Assembly: GCA_965226055.1 (NCBI GenBank)
Contig: CBDDCA010000006.1
Span: forward strand, 258,251 to 322,250
DNA length: 64,000 bases
Source: Spirochaetia bacterium
GTDB taxonomy: Bacteria; Spirochaetota; Spirochaetia; WTKD01; G963693115
Reading direction: 5' to 3'
Position numbers and translations under genes: made by a program. Shown here piece after piece: positions 1 to 9,930 of the stretch (positions are counted from its first letter, which is position 1; each line of letters starts with the position of its first letter). Below the pieces are notes generated by a model. That model did no database searches. It was not told the DNA's origin and was given only the letters and a program-made list of their open reading frames with translations.

Positions 1-1611
1 TGCACCAAGCCGTTCATTATCATTATTTATCGAAGCAAAAATATTATTCGCCTGTAGCTTTTGCCTATACTCTTCAGCAACATCTCTATACTGTTCTACA
101 ATAGGAATAATAACTACCTGTTCAGGAGCAAGCCATACAGGAAAAGCTCCCGAGTAATGCTCTATCAATACACCAAAAAATCGTTCCAAAGATCCCAGCA
201 ACGCACGATGAATCATATAAGGACGCTTTTTTTCTCCATCTTTATCAATAAAACTCATGTTAAATCGCTCAGGCAAATTAAAATCAAATTGAATAGTCGT
301 CATTTGCCATTCTCTTCCTAGCGCATCCTTAATTTTAAAATCTATTTTAGGACCATAGAAGGCCCCTCCTCCTTCGTCTATCTCATATTCAATATGTTCT
401 TCTTCTACTGCTTTCTTTAATGCGTCTGTAACCCTTTGCCAGTCATCATCCTTGCCTACCGCTTTTTTTGGTTTTGTTGCCAAAAAAGCCTTAATATCAG
501 AGAATCCTAAATCTTTCCAAATAGAATAAGAAAATCGTAACACTTCTTTTATCTCATTTTCTACTTGATCGGGAGTACAAAAGATATGAGCATCATCCTG
601 TGTAAAACCACGAACACGTAATAATCCATGCAATACTCCTCCTTTCTCATATCGATATACAGTACCAAGCTCTGCCCAACGTAATGGAAGCTCACGATAC
701 GATCGCATCTTATTTTGATATATCAGTATATGAAAAGGACAGTTCATAGGTTTCGCATAATAATCGCTTGCATCTAACTCCATAGGAGAATACATATTCT
801 CTTTGTAAAATTCAAGATGTCCACTTTTTTCCCATAACCAGCTTTTTCCTACATGTGGCGTAAACAGTATATCATAACCATTGTGAAGATGTCTTTCACG
901 CCAATAATCCTCCACAGTCACACGAATGCGAGCTCCTTTTGGATGCCAATAAATCAACCCTGCTCCTGCCTCTTCATGAATACTAAATAAATCAAGCTCT
1001 TTACCAATCTTCCTATGATCTCTTTTTTCTACTTCTTTTAACCACTCTAAATGCTGACGTAGCTCTTTTGGTTGAGTCCATGCAGTAGCGTATATCCTTT
1101 GTAACATAGGACGCTTTTCATCTCCACGCCAATACGCTCCTGCTACAGAAAGTAACTTACACGCCTTTGCATTCAAATACTTAGTACTAGGAACATGAGG
1201 CCCCTTACATACATCAACAAAATCGTATACTGTATAGGTACTCAACTCAGCATCATCATGAAACCCACTGATAAGCTCTTGCTTATATGGTTGCTGTTCA
1301 TACAACTTCATAATATCATCACGAGTATGTACCTGTTTTGTAAATACAGATTCTTCTTTTAGTATCTCACCCATAGTATCTTCTATCCGTACTAAATCAG
1401 CTTCAGTAAGCGAATGAGGGAGATCAAAATCATAGTAAAAGCCATTTTCTATGGGCGGACCAATAGCAGTCTTTGCCTCTGGAAACAGCTGTAGCACTGC
1501 TTTTGCCATAACATGAGCAAAACTATGGCGTATACGATACAATTGTTCTTCTATAGATAATTTTTTATATTCTGATTCATTTATGTTTTCTTCCATAGTA
1601 ACCTCTTCCAT
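1..1611 (-). CDS. thrS: Threonine--tRNA ligase, partial (C-terminus runs off window start); begins at the N2 editing domain so appears to lack the N-terminal TGS domain
   Basis: Minus-strand translation from ATG at 1611 (in-frame TGA immediately upstream) gives MEEVTMEENINE...RIRHSFAHVMAKAV...GPPIENGFYYDFD...RDHRKIGKELDLF...RPYMIHRALLGSLERFFGVLIEHYSGAFPVWLAPEQV, which carries canonical ThrRS motifs. Absent from the ORF track because no stop codon falls inside the window. Confidence 0.85.
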   Translation of the reverse strand, partial: MEEVTMEENINESEYKKLSIEEQLYRIRHSFAHVMAKAVLQLFPEAKTAIGPPIENGFYYDFDLPHSLTEADLVRIEDTMGEILKEESVFTKQVHTRDDIMKLYEQQPYKQELISGFHDDAELSTYTVYDFVDVCKGPHVPSTKYLNAKACKLLSVAGAYWRGDEKRPMLQRIYATAWTQPKELRQHLEWLKEVEKRDHRKIGKELDLFSIHEEAGAGLIYWHPKGARIRVTVEDYWRERHLHNGYDILFTPHVGKSWLWEKSGHLEFYKENMYSPMELDASDYYAKPMNCPFHILIYQNKMRSYRELPLRWAELGTVYRYEKGGVLHGLLRVRGFTQDDAHIFCTPDQVENEIKEVLRFSYSIWKDLGFSDIKAFLATKPKKAVGKDDDWQRVTDALKKAVEEEHIEYEIDEGGGAFYGPKIDFKIKDALGREWQMTTIQFDFNLPERFNMSFIDKDGEKKRPYMIHRALLGSLERFFGVLIEHYSGAFPVWLAPEQVVIIPIVEQYRDVAEEYRQKLQANNIFASINNDNERLGA

Positions 1612-1676
1612 TCAATATATATTTATTGTATAGTACTCTTTACAATATTACCATACCCTACTGTTCTATATTGGAA

Positions 1677-1768
1677 ATTATAGACTGATAGTAAATATGT
1701 ATAAAATGTTGTATAATTGAGTAAAGGAGGCTGGGCTAATCTAATTTTGCTTATCCTTGCCAACCCCT
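1677..1768 (+). mobile_element. Solo 3'-terminal remnant of an IS1595-family element
   Basis: About 90% identical to 4837-4930, which is the 3' end of the degraded IS1595-like transposase gene and its terminus (..taaaggaggcwgggytartctaattttgcttat..ttgccaacccc). The copy ends only ~22 bp before the ATG of the 1791 gene. Confidence 0.5.
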
Positions 1769-1790
1769 AAAATTATTAAAAGAGGTATAT

Positions 1791-4043
1791 ATGAAGTTAA
1801 ATATATTCTATTTATTTTTTATATTTCTTGTGTTTTCACTTTTTACTTGTGAAGATATAAAGGTTAATAGTAAGGAAAAAGCCACCGCACCAGCAGAGGC
1901 ACGCAGTGTTACAGCAAGCCACACCGATACAAGTATAACTATATCATGGCAAGCCCCTACCCTTACAAGCATACACACAAAAGCAAATGGAGAAAGGCTT
2001 ACAACGACAGATGTATCGTACAAAGTATACAGAGTAGCAAAAGGAAGTGATGCCCGAAGTATAGCCCAGATTAAAACAGCAGACACGAACCCGATAGCAG
2101 TAGCAAAAGGAACAACAAGCACAACTATAAGTAACCTTACTGAAAATACCACCTATGAAATAGTAGTACAATCAGTCAATGCAACAGATAGTACACAAGT
2201 CTCTACAGGCATGCGAATAGAAGTTACTACCCTTGCTACTAATCAAGCAACCGCACCAGCAGAGGCACGCAGTGTTACGGGAAGTCCTACCGATACCAGT
2301 ATAGGCATATCATGGCAAGCACCTGCCCTTACAAGCACACACAAAAAAGCAGATGGAGAAAGGCTCACAACAGCAGATGTATCGTACAAAGTATACAGAG
2401 TAGCAAAAGGAAGCAAAGCCCGCACAATAGCCCAGATTAAAACAGCAGACACAAACCCGATAGCAGTAGCAAAAGGAACAACAAGCACAACTATAAGTAA
2501 CCTTACTATAAATACTACCTATGAAATAGTAGTACAATCAGTCAATGCCACTGACCCAACAAAAATCTCTACAGGTACACTAATAGAAGTAACTACCAAT
2601 AGTCAAGCAACTGCACCAGCAGAGGCACGCAGTGTTACAGCAAACCACACCGATACCAGTACAACTATATCATGGCAACCCCCAATACTTACAAGCACAC
2701 ACAAAAAAGCAGATGGAGAAAGGCTCACAACGGCAGATGTATCGTATAAAGTATACAGAGTAGCAAAAGGAAAGAATGCCCGCACAATAGCCCAGATTAA
2801 AACAGCAGACACAAACCCAATAGCAGTTGCAAAAGGAATAACAAGCACAACTATAAGTAACCTTACTGGAAATACTCCCTATGAAATAGTAGTACAATCA
2901 GTCAATGCCACCGACCCAACAAAAACCTCTACAGGAGTACAAATAGAAATAACTACCAATAGTCAAGCAACTGCACCAGACGAGACACACAGTGTTACAG
3001 CAAGCCACACCGATACCAGTACAACTATATCATGGCAAGCCCCTACCCTTACAAGCAGTCACAAGAAAGCAGATGGAAGATGGCTCACAACAGCAGATGT
3101 ATCGTACAAAGTATACAGAGTAGCAAAAGGAAAGAATGCTCGCACAATAGCCCAAATTAAAACAGCAGACACGAACCCGATAGCAGTAGCAAAAGGAACA
3201 ACAAGCACAACTATAAGTAACCTTACTGGAAATACCACCTATGAAATAGTAGTACAATCAGTCAATGCTACCGACCCAACAAAAACCTCTACAGGAGTAC
3301 AAATAGAAATAACCACCCCAAGCCAAGCTACCATACCAGAAGAAATCCGCTTTTTAGGAAGAAGTCGAACCGATGACAGTATATCCCTATCATGGATATA
3401 TATTTATATTACTCCAGGCAAGAAAGCAACTGGACAAAAGCTTACAGCGGCAGATATATCGTATAAAATATATAGAGTAGCAAAAGGAAAGAATGCCCGC
3501 ACAGTAGCCCAGATTAAAACAGCAGACACAAACCCGATAACAGTAGCAAAAGGAATAACAAGCACAACTATAAGTAACCTTACTATAAATACTACCTATG
3601 AAATAGTAGTACAATCAGTCAATGAAACGGACACTACAAAAGTATCTACAGGAGTACGAATAGAAGCAAATACCGATAGTCAGGCAACCGCACCAGAAGA
3701 TACACAAAGTGTTGGAGTAGATACGACCACCGATGACAGTATAAGAATATCATGGGAAGCCCCTACCCTTACAAGCACACACAAAAAAGCAGATGGAGGA
3801 AGGCTCACAACAGCAGATGTATCATATAAAGTATACAGAGTAGCAAAAGGAAGGTATCCCCGCACAATAGCCCAGATTAAAACAGCAGACACGAACCCGA
3901 TAACAGTAGCAAAAGGAATAACCCACGCAACTATAAGTAACCTTAATGGAAATACTACCTATGAAATAGTAATACAATCAGTGAATGCAACGGACACTAC
4001 AAAAGTATCTACAGGAATACGATTAGAAGTAAATACCAAATAA
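1791..4043 (+). CDS. Surface lipoprotein with six tandem ~120-aa FN3-like modules
   Basis: N-terminal signal peptide with lipobox (LFTC). Each module reads ISWQAP..Y.VYRVAKG...TTYEIVVQSVNATD, an FN3-like W/Y/YxV pattern. Preceded by the RBS agagg. Confidence 0.8.
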   Translation: MKLNIFYLFFIFLVFSLFTCEDIKVNSKEKATAPAEARSVTASHTDTSITISWQAPTLTSIHTKANGERLTTTDVSYKVYRVAKGSDARSIAQIKTADTNPIAVAKGTTSTTISNLTENTTYEIVVQSVNATDSTQVSTGMRIEVTTLATNQATAPAEARSVTGSPTDTSIGISWQAPALTSTHKKADGERLTTADVSYKVYRVAKGSKARTIAQIKTADTNPIAVAKGTTSTTISNLTINTTYEIVVQSVNATDPTKISTGTLIEVTTNSQATAPAEARSVTANHTDTSTTISWQPPILTSTHKKADGERLTTADVSYKVYRVAKGKNARTIAQIKTADTNPIAVAKGITSTTISNLTGNTPYEIVVQSVNATDPTKTSTGVQIEITTNSQATAPDETHSVTASHTDTSTTISWQAPTLTSSHKKADGRWLTTADVSYKVYRVAKGKNARTIAQIKTADTNPIAVAKGTTSTTISNLTGNTTYEIVVQSVNATDPTKTSTGVQIEITTPSQATIPEEIRFLGRSRTDDSISLSWIYIYITPGKKATGQKLTAADISYKIYRVAKGKNARTVAQIKTADTNPITVAKGITSTTISNLTINTTYEIVVQSVNETDTTKVSTGVRIEANTDSQATAPEDTQSVGVDTTTDDSIRISWEAPTLTSTHKKADGGRLTTADVSYKVYRVAKGRYPRTIAQIKTADTNPITVAKGITHATISNLNGNTTYEIVIQSVNATDTTKVSTGIRLEVNTK
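1887..4043 (+). repeat. 6 x 360-bp in-frame tandem repeat (coding)
   Basis: Repeat units start at about 1887, 2246, 2606, 2966, 3326 and 3686 and are near-identical at the DNA level. They generate the periodic antisense ORF artefacts seen in the ORF track. Confidence 0.85.
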
Positions 4044-4226
4044 GTAGGAATAATGAAAATACTAATAAGTAATTGCATAAAGGTAAAATATTCTAAACGA
4101 TATACAGAAAGAACACATCCCAAGAACCATATACCGAGAGTAATATAGTGCGACATTTCACCAGTAAAATATTGAAAGAGGTAGAGTATCAAGTAACCGA
4201 ATACTTAAAAAGTATAGGAGTAAAAA

Positions 4227-4862
4227 ATGATAGAGAAAAAAGACAGTTTTAGAGATGGAATGAAAAAAGCAGATAAAAGCGAAGACACTAAAGTTATAGA
4301 ACAGATATTAAATGAAGTAGGTAACTATTTAGTACAATTCGTTATGTGAAGTAAGTTGAGAAACAGCAACAAAATGGTATCATATATTTCGAGTAATGAT
4401 AGCAAAAAAACTCACAGTATATGAAGTATTGATAAAAAGAGAAATAGATGAAAGTTATTTCGGAGGAAAAAGAAAAGGAAAACGAGGAAGAGGAGCAACA
4501 GAAAAAACAATAGTGCTTAGATTGTATAAAAGGAGTGACCATGTGCATACACTCACAATAAGTAATACAACGACTTGCAACTCTATAGTATCATACAGAA
4601 AAAATAGCTCCTCAGAGTAGTATCTATACAGACACCTCTCCGAGTGATAATATACTTGCTGTATCAGACTTTCAGCACTATCGCATAAATCATGCAAAGG
4701 AATTTGCACACAAGCAAAATCATATAAACGAGATAGAGAATTTTTGGAATCCAATCAAAGAGACATCTGAGAAGATACAATGGAATACAAAAAAACCATT
4801 TTGAATTATACTTAAAAGAATATGAATTTCGGTTTAATTATAGACCGATAGCAAACATGTAT
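4227..4862 (+). pseudogene. IS1595-family (ISXO2-like) transposase, N-terminally truncated and frameshifted
   Basis: Fragments read EIDESYFGGKRKGKRGRGATEKTIV and later ..ENFWNPIKETSEKIQWN..LKEYEFRFNYR in a different frame. These match the conserved IS1595 DDE transposase core and its C-terminal FRYNRR motif. Stops and frame changes interrupt the reading frame. Confidence 0.6.
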
Positions 4863-5033
4863 ATATGTGTTGTAAAATTGGATAAAGGAGGCAGGGTTAG
4901 TCTAATTTTGCTTATATCCATGCCAACCCCATATTATATTTTCGCCTATACAGTTATAATTTTTAGCATTTCTGCTTATCTCTTAAAAGAGAAAAGCAGA
5001 AACATGTGTATATGCATTAACAATGCATGAGAA

Positions 5034-5993
5034 TTACTGTAATGGGTATAGTAGCTTTTGCACTTCGGGAGTATCGATATTTTCAAGGCTTACATACGTA
5101 GCACCTGTATCGATTCTTGGATTTACGCTTTTTCCTTGTAGAGCATCGTATACTGACATAACGCCTTTATATCCCATTTGAAATGGATTTTGTACAACAA
5201 AGCCATTAATAACTCCACTTTGAAGCAAAGCTATTTCTTGCTCACTAGAATCAAATCCAACAAGAATAATATCCTCTCTTCCAATTTCCTGCAATCCTAA
5301 TGCCGCTCCTACCGCAGAACCTTCGTTTGCTGCAAAAATAGCTTTAAGATCTGGATTAGCTCGTACCATATCAACGATAAGATTAGCAGATTTATCATGA
5401 TCTCCTGCACCGTACACTGGCTCAAGAACAGTTATACCAGAATACTTTTTTAATTCCTGTAAAGCTCCATCTCTTCTGTCTATCCCTGTAGAACTAGTTG
5501 CATCATGAACAATAACGCCTACTTTTCCTTCTTCACCAATAAGAGTAGCAAGCTCTTTTGCTCCTATCGCTGCAGCATTTGCATTATCAGTAGCAACAAA
5601 ACTCAATGGAATGTCACTATCTACTCCAGAATCAAACATAACTACTGGAATACCTGCTGTATTTGCTTTTTCCACATACGGAATAAGAGCTTCCTTATCT
5701 AAAGCAGCAAGCAACAGACCATCAACTCTTGATGTAATAGCATTTTCTACCATATTGATTTGTACATCAATCATTGATTCGGTAGCAGGCCCCTCAAAAG
5801 TAACTCTAATGCCAAGTTCTTCTGCCGCAGTATCAGCTCCCAGCTTTACTGTTTGCCAAAATTCATGCTGAAACCCTTTACTGATAACAGCAATATATGT
5901 GTCATCATCAGACACAGACTCTTGATTTCCACCAGCAAAAAGCATACCAGTGAACACCAACAATAAAATAGTTGAAATAATGATTTTTTTCAT
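5034..5993 (-). CDS. Sugar ABC transporter periplasmic substrate-binding protein (ribose/galactose-type PBP)
   Basis: Signal peptide, then a type I periplasmic binding fold (VISKGFQHEFWQ..., GIPVVMFDSG). Last gene of the ATPase-permease-SBP operon. Confidence 0.85.
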   Translation of the reverse strand: MKKIIISTILLLVFTGMLFAGGNQESVSDDDTYIAVISKGFQHEFWQTVKLGADTAAEELGIRVTFEGPATESMIDVQINMVENAITSRVDGLLLAALDKEALIPYVEKANTAGIPVVMFDSGVDSDIPLSFVATDNANAAAIGAKELATLIGEEGKVGVIVHDATSSTGIDRRDGALQELKKYSGITVLEPVYGAGDHDKSANLIVDMVRANPDLKAIFAANEGSAVGAALGLQEIGREDIILVGFDSSEQEIALLQSGVINGFVVQNPFQMGYKGVMSVYDALQGKSVNPRIDTGATYVSLENIDTPEVQKLLYPLQ

Positions 5994-6014
5994 TATAACC
6001 TCCTTATATTATTT

Positions 6015-6998
6015 TTATTTATTGTTCATCCCTCGTTTTATACGCTGATTATCAAGATAGACCGCTAGTATTACTACTAAGCCTATAATAATCTGCTGCC
6101 AAAATTGATTCACCTGCATAAGATTAAGCCCATTCCGTAACACACTCATAATCAAAGCTCCTATGACTGTCCCTAGTATAGTCCCTACTCCTCCCGATAA
6201 ACTTGCTCCTCCTATTACTGCAGCAGCAATTGCATCAAGCTCTAATCCTGTAGCAATAGATGGTTGCCCCGAATTCAAACGTGCAGCCATAATGATCCCT
6301 GCAAATCCACACATAGCTCCTGAGAAAGTATATACAAAAAACTTCACTAATTTTACAGAAATTCCCGAAAGCCTCGCTGCTTCTTCGTTGCTTCCAAGTG
6401 CGAAAATATATCTTCCTACTACCGTTTTTGATAATAGTAAATGAGCTATCACTGCAAACACAGCAAGATAAATAACAGGCATAGGTAATATACCGTACAT
6501 ATCATAATTATATAACAGCTTAAAATTCTGTTGTTGATTAAAATATATTGGTCTGCCACCACTCAACACTAAAGCAAACCCTCTCGCACTTATCATAACC
6601 CCAAGGGTAGCAATAAAAGGAGGCAATTCTAAATGTGCCACTACTACACCGCTAAAAGCACCACATAGTATACCAGATATAACTCCAATGACAAGTGCTG
6701 GAGCTATAGCCATGCCAGATCTTAAAAGAAGAGCTACAATGACCCCCGAAACAGCGACAATAGAACCAACAGAAAGATCAATACCTGCAGTAATAATAAC
6801 TATAGTAATACCAATAGCCACAATACCAGTTACTGCAGTTTGTTTAATTACTGTTATGATATTATCATATTTTAAGAAATAAGGACTTGCAAAAGAGAAA
6901 AATATTACAAGTAACAATAAACTTGCAAATATAGCTAATTTTTGAATAGTACTAGAATTTATCATCGATTTTTTACAGACAATTTCTTTTTGTGACAT
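6015..6998 (-). CDS. Sugar ABC transporter permease (RbsC/MglC-like)
   Basis: Polytopic membrane protein with the BPD_transp_2 pattern. Lies in an operon between the ATPase and SBP genes. Confidence 0.85.
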   Translation of the reverse strand: MSQKEIVCKKSMINSSTIQKLAIFASLLLLVIFFSFASPYFLKYDNIITVIKQTAVTGIVAIGITIVIITAGIDLSVGSIVAVSGVIVALLLRSGMAIAPALVIGVISGILCGAFSGVVVAHLELPPFIATLGVMISARGFALVLSGGRPIYFNQQQNFKLLYNYDMYGILPMPVIYLAVFAVIAHLLLSKTVVGRYIFALGSNEEAARLSGISVKLVKFFVYTFSGAMCGFAGIIMAARLNSGQPSIATGLELDAIAAAVIGGASLSGGVGTILGTVIGALIMSVLRNGLNLMQVNQFWQQIIIGLVVILAVYLDNQRIKRGMNNK

Positions 6999-7026
6999 TA
7001 TAATAACTCCTATTTATAATACATAT

Positions 7027-8547
7027 CTAATTTTCATGTTGCATATGACCAGTAGCATATAACATAATTTTTTCCTGTGTAATATCTTGTTTTTCTAATA
7101 TACCTGATACTTCTCCCGAACACATTACCAATACTCTATCACTCATCCCAACAATTTCACTTAAATCTGAAGATACCATTATGATAGAAAGCCCAGTATC
7201 AGTTAAAGAAGTAATAAGATCGTATATTTCACGTCTTGCTCCAACATCAATACCTCTTGTAGGCTCATCAAAAATCAAAACATCGCATTGCGTACACAAC
7301 CACCGAGCAATAATCACTTTTTGCTGATTTCCTCCACTTAAATAGCGTACAATCTGAGTTAAAGAAGGAGTTTTTATACGTAAAGAATCTACAAATTCTG
7401 TACAATGCTCTCTTGCAATATTTTTGTTAATGATCCCTATCTTTTTAGAATGTTCCTTTATGGTAGCAAGGATTATGTTTTCTTGTACATTGAGATTAAG
7501 AGCAAGTCCATTTTTTTTCCTATCTTCAGTCAGATATCCAATACCATGCCTTATTGCATCACGCGGAGTATTGATAGCAACTTCTTTAGAATGAACAAAT
7601 ACTTTACCACTATCCTTCGGATCTGCACCAAAGATAGCTCTCATTAACTCAGTACGACCAGCTCCCACTAAACCAGACACTCCTAGTATTTCTCCCTTAC
7701 ACAAAGAGAACGATATATTCTTTAAGTCAGGATTACGCTGTATATTTTCTACACGCAAAATTTCCTCTCCTCTATGAGGATGCCTCGTAGGAAACATATC
7801 AGTAAGCTCTCTTCCTACCATAAGATGTATAAGATGTTCAGTAGTAGTATCCGCATAGTGCAAAGTATCAATATACTGACCATCTCGAAATACAGTTACT
7901 CTGTCCGCAATTTCTTCCAGCTCCTTCAATTTATGAGAGATAAAAATAATTCCTTTTCCTTGCTCTTTTAGTCTACGTACTGTACTAAACAATACTTCTG
8001 TTTCTGCTTCACTTAATGTTGCTGTTGGCTCATCCATAATGAGAATATCACAAGACACTGAGATAGCTTTAGCAATCTCTACCATTTGCTGTTCTGCAAC
8101 ACTTAAAGTACTTACTTTTGCATATACATCAATACTATAATTAAGTAACTGCAATATTCTATTTGCTTCTTCATTTAATTTTTTCTCATTAAGCACATAC
8201 CGAGCATAGCGTGGTTCTCTCCCAATAAATATATTTTGTGCAACAGTAAGATGGGAGAAAAGATTGAATTCTTGATGAATAATACTAATACCAATTTCCT
8301 GTGCTACATGAGGATTAAGCACTTCAATTTTCTTACCACGATATATAATATCTCCTTTATCTGGTTGATATACTCCAGTAAGAATTTTCATAAGAGTAGA
8401 TTTGCCTGCCCCATTTTCACCTAAAATAGCATGTACTTCCCCTGCCTTTACATCTAAAGACACATTTTGCAACGCCTTTACTCCAGGAAAAAATTTAGAT
8501 ACATCTTGTACCTTCAACAGCATATCGCTTTTATTTTGTGCCATCAT
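7027..8547 (-). CDS. Sugar ABC transporter ATP-binding protein with duplicated ATPase (RbsA/MglA-like)
   Basis: Two nucleotide-binding domains: Walker A motifs GENGAGKST and GLVGAGRT, LSGG signatures and Walker B motifs. Confidence 0.9.
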   Translation of the reverse strand: MMAQNKSDMLLKVQDVSKFFPGVKALQNVSLDVKAGEVHAILGENGAGKSTLMKILTGVYQPDKGDIIYRGKKIEVLNPHVAQEIGISIIHQEFNLFSHLTVAQNIFIGREPRYARYVLNEKKLNEEANRILQLLNYSIDVYAKVSTLSVAEQQMVEIAKAISVSCDILIMDEPTATLSEAETEVLFSTVRRLKEQGKGIIFISHKLKELEEIADRVTVFRDGQYIDTLHYADTTTEHLIHLMVGRELTDMFPTRHPHRGEEILRVENIQRNPDLKNISFSLCKGEILGVSGLVGAGRTELMRAIFGADPKDSGKVFVHSKEVAINTPRDAIRHGIGYLTEDRKKNGLALNLNVQENIILATIKEHSKKIGIINKNIAREHCTEFVDSLRIKTPSLTQIVRYLSGGNQQKVIIARWLCTQCDVLIFDEPTRGIDVGARREIYDLITSLTDTGLSIIMVSSDLSEIVGMSDRVLVMCSGEVSGILEKQDITQEKIMLYATGHMQHEN

Positions 8548-8649
8548 TCATACCTACATACATTATCTCAAGAATACTAAATGAATTACTCTTTTTACAA
8601 TGTTTTAATATAAAAATGCACTGCAAAACAAAGAATATCCTTCCTAATA

Positions 8650-9642
8650 CTATTTACTTGTGTATTTTATAGAAACCCATATCCGAAACGAACTACTTTT
8701 TCCGTTATATTTACCACTTCCTTGAAAGCTAATTGTATACAATTTCTGTAATAGCTTCCCTTTTGCTTTACCACTTATTGTACCAGAGCTAGTATCAAAA
8801 CCTAATCCTGTCTCATCGTTAATATCAGGAGAAATAGCATAGCGACCAGATATATCACTGGGATTTGCATCAAAACTCACCGATATATCAGTATCTTTGT
8901 CAGCAATAGCCATAATGAACGGTAAGCCATTATACGGTTCTATGGTAACAGCATCATTCCCGCTTGGAGTAAATACATAGCTCCAGCCAGGAAGTTTTAC
9001 ACTCGTAACACCTGAATTATCAAATATACCTTCTACTCTAATAGTATCTTGTATATCCCATTCCTCTAAATCATGCTTAAACCCAGTGGCTCCCTTAAAC
9101 ATATTAATCATATTATTGATAGTATTGTTTACTTTCCACGTTGATATATCTTGATTAAACTGTGTCGCTCCTGCAAACATACTGTTCATATTTTTCACTT
9201 TCTCTACTTTCCACACTGATATGTCTTGATCAAACTGTGTTGCTCCTGCAAACATACCACTCATATCGGTAACATTACTGACATTCCAGCTTGATATATC
9301 TCCATTAAAATGAGTATTTCCCTTAAACATATTGCTCATATCGGTAACATTACTGACATTCCAGCTCGATATATCTCCATTAAAATTAGCTAAATCTCCA
9401 TCACTACTAAATAAACCACTCAAATCTGTCATATTACTTATATCTATATTTGAGAGATCTGTTTCCCATCCATGAAATGAAACTTCACGTTTTATATTAT
9501 TAGCTAGTACTTGTTTATCCGATGGATGATAGACAAAAGACAAGTCTGTAGATTCCTGACTACAACTAAAAAGCAGTAGCAATCCCATTCCTATCATCCA
9601 TAGAAAATAATACTTATATGCTTGAGCATTACATTGTCTCAT
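8650..9642 (-). CDS. DUF285-repeat lipoprotein, single-module paralog of the 2822-aa protein
   Basis: Lipobox LLFSC. Tandem ~25-aa DISxWNVSNVTDMSxMF repeats (PF03382-like), then a C-terminal GLGFDTSSGTISG Ig-like segment. The N- and C-termini align with the first module of ORF 10605-19073. Confidence 0.75.
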   Translation of the reverse strand: MRQCNAQAYKYYFLWMIGMGLLLLFSCSQESTDLSFVYHPSDKQVLANNIKREVSFHGWETDLSNIDISNMTDLSGLFSSDGDLANFNGDISSWNVSNVTDMSNMFKGNTHFNGDISSWNVSNVTDMSGMFAGATQFDQDISVWKVEKVKNMNSMFAGATQFNQDISTWKVNNTINNMINMFKGATGFKHDLEEWDIQDTIRVEGIFDNSGVTSVKLPGWSYVFTPSGNDAVTIEPYNGLPFIMAIADKDTDISVSFDANPSDISGRYAISPDINDETGLGFDTSSGTISGKAKGKLLQKLYTISFQGSGKYNGKSSSFRIWVSIKYTSK

Positions 9643-9786
9643 AACTATTACACCAAATATACATTGATTACTACAGCTTGTACTTTAACTATAATTATTT
9701 TTACTAAATCTTACAGAGTAAAAAAACAATATGCTATTATTATACACTATATTAAAAAAATATGCAAAAATAGGTAATAAGTTGCC

Positions 9787-9826
9787 ACGAGTTCAAGTAT
9801 TAAATGTGACAAAGGAGCAAAAAAAG
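9787..9826 (+). repeat. Solo copy of the IS30-element left inverted repeat
   Basis: Reads ccacgagttcaagtattaaatgtgacaaaggagcaaaaaaag, matching the IRL of the IS30-family element at 54786. Confidence 0.5.
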
Positions 9827-9930
9827 CGAAAATATAAAAAATACTGAATGTATCTCTTGCCTTTATTTCTTGAATTTGTAGCAGCTATCTTTTCTGTATA
9901 ACTGTGAGTAAGGTATTTTATAAGTGGCAA

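Noticed and set aside
61-321. 86-aa + strand ORF
   Set aside because: It lies antisense within thrS, whose minus-strand frame has a clear ThrRS translation.
1808-3892. Series of 70-114-aa minus-strand ORFs (1808-2152, 1944-2171, 2243-2488, 2310-2537, 2603-2848, 2670-2897, 3030-3257, 3390-3614, 3680-3892) that recur every 360 bp
   Set aside because: They are antisense shadows of the 360-bp tandem repeat inside the FN3 lipoprotein gene. They are Cys/Phe-rich low-complexity translations with no start context and the same periodicity as the sense repeats.
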